DNA from: Dehalococcoidia bacterium
Lineage (GTDB): Bacteria; Chloroflexota; Dehalococcoidia; UBA2979
Assembly (NCBI GenBank): GCA_963667465.2
Contig: CAXXDN010000002.1
Location: 1,056,001-1,120,000 of the forward strand
Length of the DNA stretch: 64,000 nt
Reading direction: 5' to 3'
Shown: piece by piece, positions 1 to 10,074 of the stretch
Layout: the number at the start of each line of letters is the position of its first letter
How positions within the stretch are numbered: the first letter of the stretch is position 1
Program-made: the position numbers and the translations under genes
The notes under the pieces: generated by a model
Told to the model about the DNA's origin: nothing
The model's input: the letters and a program-made list of their open reading frames with translations, nothing else
The model's database searches: none

Positions 1-1
1 C

Positions 2-625
2 GGCGCGAGGATCTCGCTCTACGTCGGCCTCGGCGCGACGTTCGGGGCGGCGGCGTTCGCGACGATTCTCGGCGCGGTGAGCGGCTACGTGGGCGGGGTC
101 TTCGACTACATCGCGCAGCGCTTCGTCGACGCCTCGCAGGCGCTGCCGCCGCTGGTGATGCTGATCGCCATCCTCGTCGTGTTGGAGCCGAGCGTGACGA
201 ACGTGATCATCGCGCTCGCCGCCCGCGGCTCACTCTCGCTCTCGCGCGTGGTGCGAGGCGCGGTGATCGGCATCCGCGCCTTCCCCTTCATCGACGCCGC
301 CCGCGCGATGGGCGCCTCGACGCCGCGCATCCTGCTGCGCCACATCCTGCCCAACATCCTGCCGGTGGTCGTCGTGCTGATGTCGACCTCGATCGGCGGC
401 TACATCGTGGCCGAGGCGTCGCTCAGCTTCCTCGGCTTCGGCGTGCCGCCGCCGACGCCGAGCTGGGGCGGGATCATGAGCGCCGAGGGGCGGCTCTACA
501 TGATCGTCCAGCCCTGGATCCTCGTCTTCCCCACGATCGCGCTCAGCCTCGTGGTCTACGTGATGAACATGTTCGGCGACGCCTTGCGCGACGAGCTGGA
601 CCCGCGCCTGCGCGGCAGCCGCTAG
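2..625 (+). CDS. Peptide/nickel ABC transporter permease (DppC/OppC type), 5'-partial
   Basis: Frame open from the window edge (GARISLYVGLGA...). EAA-like loop FIDAARAMGAS, RHILPN, EASLSFLGFG, PSWG and GDALRDELDPR motifs. Confidence 0.9.
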   Translation, partial: GARISLYVGLGATFGAAAFATILGAVSGYVGGVFDYIAQRFVDASQALPPLVMLIAILVVLEPSVTNVIIALAARGSLSLSRVVRGAVIGIRAFPFIDAARAMGASTPRILLRHILPNILPVVVVLMSTSIGGYIVAEASLSFLGFGVPPPTPSWGGIMSAEGRLYMIVQPWILVFPTIALSLVVYVMNMFGDALRDELDPRLRGSR

Positions 626-659
626 ACCGGGGGCGCCCGGCTCCGCGAGCGTCGACCCC

Positions 660-1580
660 CTACCCCGCGCCGCTGTGCGGCTTCGGCAGGTTGGCGCCGA
701 GCGTGCCCGGCATCACCTTGATCAGCTCGTCCACTGACCACTTCCCGTCGCTGTAGATCGACTTCGCCGGGGACGGCATCGAGTTCACCGAGATCAGCCC
801 CGGCCGCCCGGCGTTGAACCACTGGCCGGTGATGTAGCCAGCCTCCTCGGTCGCGAGGTAGGCGGCGATCGGCGCGACGTGCTCGGGCCGCGATGTCGTT
901 TCGGTCCCCGCGTCCCGCTGCTCCAGCACGGGGCTCAGCGGGCGGCCCGAGAGCTGCGCGTAGGTCTCCTCGGTCATCCTCGTGTAGGCGCTGGGCCCGA
1001 TGCAGTTGGCCGTGACGTTGTACCTGGCCAGCTCGATCGCGAGGCTGAGGGCGAAGCCGTAGATGCCCGCCTTCGCGGCTGTGTAGTTCGTCCCGCCCAT
1101 CGTGCCGATCCAGACGCCGCCGGAGCTGCAGAGGATGATCCGCCCCCACCGCTGCTCGCGCATGATCACCGAGGCCGGCTGCACGACGTTGAAGGCGCCG
1201 TAGAGGTGCACCTTGATGACCGCGTCCCACTGCTCCGGGCTGAGGTTGAAGATCATCTTCGGCTGCCGGTTGCCCGCGAAGTGCACGACCGTGTGCAGCC
1301 CGCCGAACTCCTCGAGCGCCGTGTCGATGATGCTGCGACCGCCCTCGACGGTGGCGACGCTCGCGTAGTTCGCCACCGCCCGCCCGCCGCCGGCGCGGAT
1401 CTCCTCGACAACGCTGTCCGCCGGTTCGCTGGAGGCCTCGCTCACACCGTCGCTGAGGCCGCCGAAGTCGTTGACGACGACGCTTGCCCCCTCGGCGCCG
1501 AGCTCCAGCGCGACCGCCCGTCCAACTCCCCGTCCGGCCCCCGTCACCACCGCGACCTTGCCCTCGAGATTCGAGCCCAT
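660..1580 (-). CDS. SDR family oxidoreductase (PRK07791-like)
   Basis: MGSNLEGKVAVVTGAGRGVG Rossmann motif and NYTAAK (YxxxK); start trimmed to ATG 1580. Confidence 0.9.
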   Translation of the reverse strand: MGSNLEGKVAVVTGAGRGVGRAVALELGAEGASVVVNDFGGLSDGVSEASSEPADSVVEEIRAGGGRAVANYASVATVEGGRSIIDTALEEFGGLHTVVHFAGNRQPKMIFNLSPEQWDAVIKVHLYGAFNVVQPASVIMREQRWGRIILCSSGGVWIGTMGGTNYTAAKAGIYGFALSLAIELARYNVTANCIGPSAYTRMTEETYAQLSGRPLSPVLEQRDAGTETTSRPEHVAPIAAYLATEEAGYITGQWFNAGRPGLISVNSMPSPAKSIYSDGKWSVDELIKVMPGTLGANLPKPHSGAG

Positions 1581-1740
1581 CTCCGCACCCCCTACCGGCG
1601 CGGCGCCCGCCGCGCCGTCACACTCGTTATAGCGCCCGATTCCAGGGATCGCGCAACCGACGCGCAGTTCACACCGCTGCTCCGAGGGGTAGGATGCGCC
1701 GTGGCGCGAGGGACCCCCTCGCAAATGACGGAGGTACGCG

Positions 1741-2685
1741 ATGCCGCTCGATCCACAGATGCAGGAGCTGCTCGAGCTGACGGCCGAGTTCCGCGCCGTC
1801 CCCAACCACCAGAAGACGGCCCGGCAGGCGCGCGCCGATACCCTCGAGCGTACGGCGGCGATGGCCGCGCTGGGAGACGGTCCGGAGCCGATCGCCAGCG
1901 TCGAGGATCGCGTCATCCCCGGCCCCGGCGGCGACATTCCGATCCGCATCTACACGCCTGACAGTCCGTCCGGCGGAGCCATCCTCTACTTCCACGGCGG
2001 CGGCTGGGTGATCTGCAACCTCGACACCCACGACGCGCCCGCGCGCGCCCTCGCGAAGCTCAGCGGCGCGACGCTGATCTCCGTCGACTACCGGCTCGCG
2101 CCCGAGGCGAAGTACCCCGCGGCTGCCGACGACTGCTACGCCGCCACGCAGTGGGTGAGCGAGCACGGTGGGGACCTGGGCATCGACCCATCGAGGATCG
2201 CCGTCTCCGGCGACAGCGCGGGCGGCAACCTCGCGGCGGTCGTCGCGCAGCTGGCGCGCGATCGAGGTGGTCCTGCAATCGCCTTCCAGGCGCTCATCTA
2301 CCCCGTAACCGACCTCGACTTCACGACCCGGTCATACGCCGAGCACGGCAGCAGCGGCGATCTGCTGTCGACCGCGGACATGAGGTGGTACTGGGATCAC
2401 TACCTGGAGTCGCCGGAGCAGGCGCAGGAGCAGTACGCCGCGCCGCTGCGGGCGGACGACCTCGGTGGCCTGCCTCCCGCCCTCGTGATCACCGCCGAGT
2501 ACGACGTGCTGTGCGACGAGGGCGAGGCCTACGCCCGCCGCCTCTGGGCGGCGGGGGTGCCGACCAGGCTCACGCGCTACGACGGCGTCATCCACGGCTT
2601 CTTCAACATGGCCCCGGTGCTCGACAAGGCCACGGCCGCGCAGCAGCAGGCAGGCAGCGCGATCCGCGCCGCCCTCGAGGCTTAG
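1741..2685 (+). CDS. Hormone-sensitive-lipase family esterase (alpha/beta hydrolase)
   Basis: HGGGW, GDSAG, D in EYDVL, HGF; GGAGG RBS upstream. Confidence 0.93.
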   Translation: MPLDPQMQELLELTAEFRAVPNHQKTARQARADTLERTAAMAALGDGPEPIASVEDRVIPGPGGDIPIRIYTPDSPSGGAILYFHGGGWVICNLDTHDAPARALAKLSGATLISVDYRLAPEAKYPAAADDCYAATQWVSEHGGDLGIDPSRIAVSGDSAGGNLAAVVAQLARDRGGPAIAFQALIYPVTDLDFTTRSYAEHGSSGDLLSTADMRWYWDHYLESPEQAQEQYAAPLRADDLGGLPPALVITAEYDVLCDEGEAYARRLWAAGVPTRLTRYDGVIHGFFNMAPVLDKATAAQQQAGSAIRAALEA

Positions 2686-2694
2686 CCGCGCCCG

Positions 2695-3279
2695 CTACTC
2701 GACGCGGATCGAGGCGCTGGTGATCTCCAGCGGCTCGCTCGTCGCCCCACTCTGCGATCCGCGCGCCTCGAGGGCCTGGAGCGTCTCCATGCCATCGACG
2801 ACCTCGCCGAAGATCGTGTGGTTGCCATCGAGCCAGGGCGTGGGGACGAAGGTCAGGAAGAACTGGCTGCCGTCCGTGTTCGGTCCGGCGTTGGCCATAC
2901 TGAGCAGGCCGGGCCGGTCGTGGCGAGCACCACCGTTGAACTCGCCCGCGTACTGGTAGCCAGGGCCGCCGGTGCCGGTGCCGAGCGGGCAGCCACCCTG
3001 GGCCATGAACTGCGTGATCACGCGGTGGAAGCTGAGCCCGTCGTAGAAGCCAAGCCGCGTGAGGTAGATCGTGCTGACCACGTGCAGCGGCGCGCTGTCC
3101 GGCATGAGCCGCACGCTCAGCGAGCCGACGTTCGTCTCGAGGTCCCAGAAGTACGAGCTCCTCTTGTCGAAGCCGACCTGCGGCGGGCGGTCGAGCTGCG
3201 TCCGCCAGCGCGGGTTCGAGCGATCGACGGACTGCCCGGCAATGAACTCGTCGATGGCGTCAAGGGCGGACTCGGCCAC
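2695..3279 (-). CDS. Cyclophilin-type peptidyl-prolyl cis-trans isomerase
   Basis: [52 protein letters not shown]; GTG start after GAGGAG. Confidence 0.93.
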   Translation of the reverse strand: MAESALDAIDEFIAGQSVDRSNPRWRTQLDRPPQVGFDKRSSYFWDLETNVGSLSVRLMPDSAPLHVVSTIYLTRLGFYDGLSFHRVITQFMAQGGCPLGTGTGGPGYQYAGEFNGGARHDRPGLLSMANAGPNTDGSQFFLTFVPTPWLDGNHTIFGEVVDGMETLQALEARGSQSGATSEPLEITSASIRVE

Positions 3280-3565
3280 TCGCTGCTCCTCTCGGCTGCC
3301 TCCCGCGCGAGCGCGCGGGCGAGGCACTGCCCGAACTTTGGACCTGTCATGCCAGCATACGGAATGGCACAAGCAGGGTACACGCCTTGACCGCGAGGGG
3401 CCTCGGAGAGGGGCGCAGCCCGCCTCCCCTGCCCACACCGCCAGCAAGGGACGCCGTCACGAGGAGCTCGCCGCTGCATGCGCTCCACCGCGCGCTTCGC
3501 GCTATCATCGGCCCCGGCGGCCGCACAGCACGGGTTCCGGCCACTCGATCGCAAGGAGCGCCAGG

Positions 3566-4924
3566 ATGAGCCTCACCGAACACGTCGTCCGCTTCATCAC
3601 CGAGACCCCGGCCGAATCGGTCCCTCCCGAAGCGATCACGGCCGCCAAGCGCGCCCTGCTCGACACCACCGGCGTCGCACTCGCCGGCGTGCCCGAGGAC
3701 GGCCCGACGATCGTCCGTGACATGGTCTCCGGGCACGGGCCGGGGCCCGTCTCCATCCTCGGCTCGGACCAGCGCGCGCAGCTGCTCGACGCCGCGCTGG
3801 CGAACGGGACCGCCGCGCACGCGCTCGACTACGACGACACGACCCTGCCGCTGCACGGCCACCCCTCGGCGCCCCTGCTGCCCGCCGTCTTCGCCCTCGC
3901 CGAGGAGCGCGGCCGCAGCGGCGCCGCGCTGCTCGATGCGTTCGTGATCGGCTTCGAGGTGGAGGCGCGCCTCGGGCACGCCGTCGACCCCTCGCACTAC
4001 CGCCTCGGCTGGCACGCGACGGCGACCGCGGGGACGATGGGCGCCGCCGCGGCAGGCGCCCGCCTCGTCGGGCTCGACGCCGAGCGCACCAGGCACGCGC
4101 TCGGCATCGCGCTCTCGCTCGCCGGGGGCAGCCGCGCCAACTTCGGCTCAATGACGAAGCCGCTGCACGTCGGCAACGCTGCCCGCGGCGGCCTGCAGGC
4201 CGTGCTGCTCGCCGAGCGCGGCTTCACCGCCGCCGAGGAGTCGATCGGCGGCCCGCTGGGCTTCCTCGATCTCTTCGCGGCCGAGGGCGAGGAGGCGCCC
4301 GAACGCGTCGAGGCGCTCGGCGAGGGCTGGGGCATCGTCGAGCCCGGGATCAACGTGAAGCGCTACCCCTGCTGCTACGGCACGGCCCGCGCCGCCGACT
4401 GCCTGTTCGCCCTCATCGGGGAGCACGACCTGCAGCCGGAGCAGGTCGAGCGCATCGATGTGCGCGTGGAGCCGGGCGGGCTCGCGGCCCTGATTCACCC
4501 GCACCCGCAGGACGGCCTGCAGGGCAAGTTCAGCATGCAGTACGTGCTCGCCGCCATCCTCCTCGACCGCGAGCTGCGGCTCGCCACCTTCGAGGACGGC
4601 GCGGTGGCGCGCCCGGAGGCGCAGCAGCTCATTCAGCGAATCCACACCAGCGAGAGCGCCACGCCGCCCGAGTTCGCCGGCGCGCCGAAGTTCGCGCACG
4701 TCGGCGTCACGCTTGCGGGCGGCGGGAACGTCGTGCACGCCGTCGACGAGGCGGCCGGTTCGGCGGACCACCCGCTGAGCTGGGACGAGCTGACCGACAA
4801 GTACCGCGACACCGCCGGCCGCGTGCTCGATCACGACGCGATCGAGCGCGGCATCGAGGCGTTCGCAACGCTCGACACGGCGCGCAGCGTCGATGCGCTG
4901 ATCGCCGACCTCTGCCCGGCCTGA
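3566..4924 (+). CDS. MmgE/PrpD family protein
   Basis: NGTAAHALDYDD, HPSAP, GWHAT, KPLHVG, KRYPCC, KFS motifs; AAGGAG RBS. Confidence 0.92.
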   Translation: MSLTEHVVRFITETPAESVPPEAITAAKRALLDTTGVALAGVPEDGPTIVRDMVSGHGPGPVSILGSDQRAQLLDAALANGTAAHALDYDDTTLPLHGHPSAPLLPAVFALAEERGRSGAALLDAFVIGFEVEARLGHAVDPSHYRLGWHATATAGTMGAAAAGARLVGLDAERTRHALGIALSLAGGSRANFGSMTKPLHVGNAARGGLQAVLLAERGFTAAEESIGGPLGFLDLFAAEGEEAPERVEALGEGWGIVEPGINVKRYPCCYGTARAADCLFALIGEHDLQPEQVERIDVRVEPGGLAALIHPHPQDGLQGKFSMQYVLAAILLDRELRLATFEDGAVARPEAQQLIQRIHTSESATPPEFAGAPKFAHVGVTLAGGGNVVHAVDEAAGSADHPLSWDELTDKYRDTAGRVLDHDAIERGIEAFATLDTARSVDALIADLCPA

Positions 4925-4973
4925 GCCGGGCGCGAAGCAACGAGGCGAACAAGCAACAGGACTGGGGGGTTCG

Positions 4974-5732
4974 ATGTACCGCACGGACATGTACGAGGGG
5001 ATGCTCGCCGAGACCGTCACGGTCACGGGGCATAACGGTGACGAGATCGGCGCGTACTTCGCGCGCCCGCTGGGCGAGGGGCCATTCCCCGGCGTGGTGC
5101 TGATCCACCACCTGCCCGGCTGGGACGAGTTCTACCGCGAGACCACACGCCGCTTCGCGCACCACGGCTACGCCGCGATCTCGCCCAACCTCTACCACCG
5201 CGAGGGCCACGGCACCCCCGAGGACGTCGCCGCGATGGTCCGCGCCGACGGCGGCGTGCCCGACGCGCAGGTTGTCGGCGACGTGGTCGCCAGCGCCCGC
5301 CTCCTGCGAGGGCTGCCGACCTCCAACGGGAAGGTCGGCCTGATCGGCACCTGCTCCGGCGGGCGGCACACCGTCCTCGTGGCCTCGCGCTCCACGGAGT
5401 TCGATGCGGCGGTCGACTGCTGGGGCGGGCGCGTCGTGATGCCCGAGGACGAGCTGACCGAGAAGCTGCCGGTCGCGCCGATCGACTACACGGCGGACCT
5501 TGCTGCGCCGCTGCTCGGCCTCTTCGGCGCGGACGACCAGAGCCCTTCACCGGAACAGGTCGCGCAGCACGAGCAGGCGCTGCAGGAGCACGGCAAGGAA
5601 TTCGAGTTCCACATGTACGAGGGCGCCGGGCACGGCTTCTTCTACTGGAACCGCCCCGCCTACCGGATCGACCAGGCGATGGACGGCTGGGACAAGATCC
5701 GGGACTTCTTCGGCCGCCACCTCAACTCGTAG
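4974..5732 (+). CDS. Dienelactone hydrolase family protein
   Basis: GxCxGG nucleophile motif (GTCSGG) and YEGAGHGF. Confidence 0.9.
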   Translation: MYRTDMYEGMLAETVTVTGHNGDEIGAYFARPLGEGPFPGVVLIHHLPGWDEFYRETTRRFAHHGYAAISPNLYHREGHGTPEDVAAMVRADGGVPDAQVVGDVVASARLLRGLPTSNGKVGLIGTCSGGRHTVLVASRSTEFDAAVDCWGGRVVMPEDELTEKLPVAPIDYTADLAAPLLGLFGADDQSPSPEQVAQHEQALQEHGKEFEFHMYEGAGHGFFYWNRPAYRIDQAMDGWDKIRDFFGRHLNS

Positions 5733-5754
5733 GCACCTCGCAAGGAGCAGGCAG

Positions 5755-6021
5755 ATGTGCACGATGATCGCCGAGATCGCCACGATCGAGGGCAGCGGGA
5801 AGGGCGCGCGCGGCTGGATCCCGATCGACCGCGCGAACGTGACCTACGACCACCCCTTCCAGCTCGCCGTTGAGCACTCCCTCAACATCGACTTCGTTAA
5901 CGCCGCCGCGGGGCCCGACTCGCGCATTGCGGTCGAACTCCACCCCTCGTCCGCCCGCGCACTCGTGCGCGCCATCGAGGAAGCCCTCGCGCGGGGCGCC
6001 GCCCAGACCGGCGAGGTGTAG
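5755..6021 (+). CDS. Small conserved hypothetical protein (DUF6295-like)
   Basis: MCTMIAE...GSGKG...YDHP...EHSLNIDF...RIAVEL; AAGGAG RBS. Family recalled from memory. Confidence 0.7.
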   Translation: MCTMIAEIATIEGSGKGARGWIPIDRANVTYDHPFQLAVEHSLNIDFVNAAAGPDSRIAVELHPSSARALVRAIEEALARGAAQTGEV

Positions 6022-6046
6022 CGAGGACGAGTTCGGGAGGCCGCGC

Positions 6047-6814
6047 GTGGGCTTCATCCACGATCGCCTGTCGATGAGCGGGCGCGTCGCCGTCGTCACC
6101 GGCGGCGGGCGCAACCTCGGGCGTGGCATGGCCCTTGGCCTCGCCGACGCCGGCGCTGCCGTCGTGGTCGCCGAGCTCGACGAGGAGACCGGCCCTGCGA
6201 TGGAGCGCGAGCTGCGCGAGGCCGGCCACGAGGCATTGTGGCTGCGCACCAACGTCCGCGACTCCGCGTCCATCGACGCCCTCGTGGCGGGCACGGTCGA
6301 GCGCTTCGGGCGGGTCGACGTGATGGTGGCGAACGCGGGCGGGATGTTCATGGCGCCGGCGCTCGACATCTCGCGCAACGGCTTCGAGGCGGTGCTGGAC
6401 CTCAACCTCACCGGCGCCTGGCTCTGCGCGAGCGCCGCGGCGAAGGCGATGATCGAGGGCGGCCACGGCGGCAGCATCGTCACCGTCTCCTCGATGAACG
6501 CGATCGCCGGGGCGCTGTACGGGGCGCACTACGGCGCGGCGAAGGCGGGCATCCTCGGACTCACGCGATCGCTGGCGGCCGAATGGGCGGAGCACGAGAT
6601 CCGCGTCAACGCGGTCGCGCCCGGCGGCCGCCGCCGCCTCGCGAGAGAGCAGACGCCGACCCCGCTCACGGGCGGCGGCAGCCCCGAGTACGTCGAGAAC
6701 GTCGCGGCCGCCGTCGTCTACCTCGCCTCGGATCTCTCGACGTGGGTGACAGGTCACACGCTCGTCGTCGACGACGGCGGCACCAGCACGCACGCCCCGC
6801 CACGGGACGCGTAG
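6047..6814 (+). CDS. SDR family oxidoreductase
   Basis: VTGGGRNLG, ANAG, HYGAAK, IRVNAVAPG; GGGAGG RBS before GTG. Confidence 0.9.
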   Translation: MGFIHDRLSMSGRVAVVTGGGRNLGRGMALGLADAGAAVVVAELDEETGPAMERELREAGHEALWLRTNVRDSASIDALVAGTVERFGRVDVMVANAGGMFMAPALDISRNGFEAVLDLNLTGAWLCASAAAKAMIEGGHGGSIVTVSSMNAIAGALYGAHYGAAKAGILGLTRSLAAEWAEHEIRVNAVAPGGRRRLAREQTPTPLTGGGSPEYVENVAAAVVYLASDLSTWVTGHTLVVDDGGTSTHAPPRDA

Positions 6815-6820
6815 CGACGC

Positions 6821-7345
6821 TCAGAACGGCGGCGCGAAGCCGGCCTTGCCCTCGCCCAACTCCGGCAGCCGCTCCCGCAGCACCTCGCGGACGCGCCCGT
6901 AGTGATCGAGGTAGCGAGGCTGGAACGAGGCGACGTCGCAGCCGAGCTTCTCCGCCATCAGCGTAACCGCGCCCTCGCGCGTGGAGGCGACGAACCTGCC
7001 GCGCCCGAAGTGGAACGGCTGCGCGATGAAGCGCTCGGCGCCTGTCGCCAGCAGGCTGTCGGCGAACGCCTCGGCGTCGCTGACCAGCAGCAGCGGCGTC
7101 AGCGTGATGCAGGCGTCGACGCCCGCCTCGCGGACCTCGGTGATGGCGCGCAGCCGCTGCGCGTTCGAGGGGCACGAGGGCTCGAACGTGCGGCGCACGT
7201 CCTCGTCGTCGGTGGTGACGGTCATGTTGACGCGCACCCGGCCACCCTGCTCCTCGATCCTCTGGAACAGATCGAAGTCGCGGACCACATCGGGCTTGAG
7301 TATGTCGCCGCTTCGGTCGTGCTCAGCTAACGAGTTGTCACCCAT
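6821..7345 (-). pseudogene. C-terminal fragment of a radical SAM protein (SplB-like)
   Basis: PDVVRDFDL...TVTTDDEDVRRTFEP..PS...RLRA resembles the C-terminal half of SplB-like radical SAM proteins; no CxxxCxxC motif and the N-terminal half is absent. Confidence 0.65.
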
Positions 7346-7385
7346 CCGTTAAGCCCGCCACAGGGCGTGTAGCGCACGACGGCAC

Positions 7386-7489
7386 TCAGCGCCCGCGGCG
7401 CCATGGAGCCCGAGACACGACCGAACCGGTGTGGTCCGCCTCGGGTAGCGCACCGCGCCCCCGCCGGCGCCGCCTCAGCGCCCGCGGCG
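7386..7489. repeat. 15-bp direct repeat TCAGCGCCCGCGGCG (7386-7400 and 7475-7489) duplicating the end of the isoprenyl transferase gene
   Basis: Exact match read in the sequence; includes the stop codon. Confidence 0.7.
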
Positions 7490-8260
7490 GCGCTGGCGGC
7501 GGCCGTAGGAGCGGATCGCGCGCAGGAAGTCGATGCGCCGGAAGGCCGGCCAGAAGGCGTCGCAGAAGTAGTACTCGCTGTAGGCGCTCTGCCAGAGCAT
7601 GAAACCCGACATCCGCAGTTCCCCGGACGTGCGAATCACGAGGTCCGGGTCCGGCACGTCCGGGGCGTAGAGGTAGCGGCCGATCTCGTCCGCATCGAGG
7701 CCGCCCGCGATGCCCTCGAGGGAATCGCCGCGCCGCACGCGGTCGGCGATCATCCGGCGCACCGCGTCCACAATCTCGTCGCGCCCGCCGTAGCCGATGG
7801 CGACGAGCAGGTCGCCGTCCTCGTTGCCGGCGGTGATGCGTTCCACCCGCTCGATGGCCGCGACGGTCGACTCGGGGAGCAGGTCGCGGCTGCCGACGGC
7901 GCGGATGCGCCGCGACAGCGCGGAACGGCGCTGCTGCTCGGCGAGCGCCTCGACGCGCTCCTCGACGATCTCGAAGATCGCGTCGAGCTCGTCCCGGGGG
8001 CGCTCGAAGTTCTCCGTCGAGAGCACCCAGAGCGTGACGACGGGGATGCGCAACTCGTCGCACCAGCCGATCAGCCGCGCGGCCTTTTCGGCGCCCTCGC
8101 GGTGGCCGTCGCCGACCCTCGCGAGGCCCGAGGTGTGGGCGAAGCGGCGGTTGCCGTCCGGCAGCACCCCGACGTGCTGCGGGATTGCGCCGCGGCGCAC
8201 GTCCGCCTCCAGCCGCCGCTCATAGAAGCCGTACACGAGCCGGTTGAGCAGTTGCAGCAT
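7475..8260 (-). CDS. uppS: cis-Isoprenyl diphosphate synthase (UppS family, Rv1086-like)
   Basis: HVGVLPDGNRR, LSTENFER, YGGRDEI, PDLVIRTSGELRMSGFMLWQ. Confidence 0.92.
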   Translation of the reverse strand: MLQLLNRLVYGFYERRLEADVRRGAIPQHVGVLPDGNRRFAHTSGLARVGDGHREGAEKAARLIGWCDELRIPVVTLWVLSTENFERPRDELDAIFEIVEERVEALAEQQRRSALSRRIRAVGSRDLLPESTVAAIERVERITAGNEDGDLLVAIGYGGRDEIVDAVRRMIADRVRRGDSLEGIAGGLDADEIGRYLYAPDVPDPDLVIRTSGELRMSGFMLWQSAYSEYYFCDAFWPAFRRIDFLRAIRSYGRRQRRRGR

Positions 8261-8317
8261 GTGTCCTCCCGACTACCTGACGCCGGGAGAGGCCGCGCGG
8301 TTCCCGCGAGTGGGGCG

Positions 8318-9085
8318 TTACTCCTCGAACGCCTGCTCCGCGCGCAGGGCCGACTCGCGCAGCCGGTCCGCCTCCGCGGCCGCCGCGAGGCCGGAGTCGT
8401 AGCCGAGGTCGAGCGAGTCGCGGGTGAGGCGCGCGGCGGCGCCGGGCGCACGGGCTGCGTCGTGGGCGAGTGCGATCGCCGCCTCGCGCAGCCGCTCGCG
8501 CGGGTGGACCGCGACGACGAGACCCATCTCCAGCGCCTCCCGGGCACGAACGCGGCGGCCGGTGATCGCCATGTTGAGCGCGTGGCCACGCCCCACGAAG
8601 CGCGCGAGGCGCAGCGTCCCGCCGTAGGCGGGCAGGATGTCGAGCCGCACCTGCGGCAGCGAGAAGACGGCGTCCTCGCCCGCGACCGCGAAGCTGCAGC
8701 AGACCGGGATCAGGCAGCCGATGCCGATCGCGTAGCCGTTCACGGCGGCGATCAGCGGCTTCGGGTAGCGGCTCAGCGTGTCGAAGACCGGATGCCCCGC
8801 CTCGTCGATGTCGCGGCGCTTCCAGGCGGGGCGCGTCGCCATCCCCGAGTGGTCGGTCGGTGCATCGTCGCCGCGGCCCTTGAGGTTCGCCCCGGCGCAG
8901 AAGGCGCGGCCCTCGCCGGTGAGCACGACCGCTCGCACGCCTTCGTCGACGCGCAGCGCCTCGAGGGCCTCGAGCATCGGCTCGCTGAGGTCGCTGCCCC
9001 AGGCGTTGAGTCGCTCGGGACGGTTGAAGGAGAGCAGCGCGACGGGTCCGTCGCGCTGCACCAGCACCGGGTCGGGGCCGCTCAC
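8318..9085 (-). CDS. Enoyl-CoA hydratase/isomerase family protein
   Basis: FNRPERLNA, FCAGANL, KPLIAAVNGYAIG. Confidence 0.9.
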   Translation of the reverse strand: MSGPDPVLVQRDGPVALLSFNRPERLNAWGSDLSEPMLEALEALRVDEGVRAVVLTGEGRAFCAGANLKGRGDDAPTDHSGMATRPAWKRRDIDEAGHPVFDTLSRYPKPLIAAVNGYAIGIGCLIPVCCSFAVAGEDAVFSLPQVRLDILPAYGGTLRLARFVGRGHALNMAITGRRVRAREALEMGLVVAVHPRERLREAAIALAHDAARAPGAAARLTRDSLDLGYDSGLAAAAEADRLRESALRAEQAFEE

Positions 9086-9089
9086 GGCG

Positions 9090-9935
9090 TCAGCCGTCGA
9101 TGTAGCGGGGCTGGCGCTTCTCGGAGAAGGCCTTGGCGCCCTCGATCGTGTCCTGCATGCCCTCGACCGTGACATCGAGGGCGACGCCGAACTGCTTGGC
9201 CGCCTCCGGCTGGAGGTAGAAGCCGCGATAGATCGCCTGTTTGAAGTTACGGACCGACTGCGGGGCCATGCTGATGGCGCGGCGCGCGTACTCCAGCGCC
9301 GTCTCCATCAGCTCCTCACCCGGCACGACACGCTGCACCCAGCCCGCCTCGTAGGCGCGCTGCGCCGTCCACTCGGTGTCGCCCCAGAGCGCGAGCTCGA
9401 GGGCGTTGCCGAGGCTGATCTGGCGCGCCAGCGGGGCCATCCAGCTCGCACCCTTGCGCCCGAAGCGCGCGGACGAGACGGAGACCTTGGCGTCCTCGGC
9501 GGCGATCCGGATGTCGCACTGCATCGCGAGCATGAAGCCGCCCGCGTAGGCCGGGCCGTTTATCGCCCCGATCAGCGGCTTCCAGAGACCGAGGTCTTCC
9601 GAGAGCGGGTCGATGCTGTAATTCGAGGGGATGTGTGGGCCCTCGATCTCGCCTCGCTCGATCGCCCGCAGGCGTTCCGCGGACTCCTTGAGGTCGCGGC
9701 CCGAGCAGAACCCGCGCCCGGCGCCGGTGAGGATCGCGACCCGCCCACGCTTGTCGTCGCGGAACGTCTCCATGGTCCTGCGCAGCGTGTGCATCATGTC
9801 GAAGGTGATCGCGTTCAGCCGCTCCGGACGGTTCAGCGTGATCACGTAGACCTGCCCGTCCTCGACGATCTCGACGAGCAGCGGGGACTCGGGGTCCGTG
9901 ATCGCGGCGGGGTGGGACTCGGCGGTCGATGTCAC
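9090..9935 (-). CDS. Enoyl-CoA hydratase/isomerase family protein
   Basis: LNRPERLNA, FCSGRDL, KPLIGAINGPAYAGG, EGAKAFSEKRQP; AAGGAGG RBS. Confidence 0.92.
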   Translation of the reverse strand: MTSTAESHPAAITDPESPLLVEIVEDGQVYVITLNRPERLNAITFDMMHTLRRTMETFRDDKRGRVAILTGAGRGFCSGRDLKESAERLRAIERGEIEGPHIPSNYSIDPLSEDLGLWKPLIGAINGPAYAGGFMLAMQCDIRIAAEDAKVSVSSARFGRKGASWMAPLARQISLGNALELALWGDTEWTAQRAYEAGWVQRVVPGEELMETALEYARRAISMAPQSVRNFKQAIYRGFYLQPEAAKQFGVALDVTVEGMQDTIEGAKAFSEKRQPRYIDG

Positions 9936-10074
9936 GGCGGCCTCCTTCGGTGCGTCCGGGCGTCGGCTGGACAGCCCGCGCACGAGTATGCCACCGAGCG
10001 CGGTACTGGGGGCAGGCGCGGCCCCGCGCACCTGTATCATCGCGCCGCACGACGAGGGCGGCCGGGGGAAGCGG

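Noticed and set aside
3280-3565. GC-rich hairpins in the divergent intergenic region as a riboswitch
   Set aside because: No known aptamer consensus recognised; such hairpins are expected at this GC.
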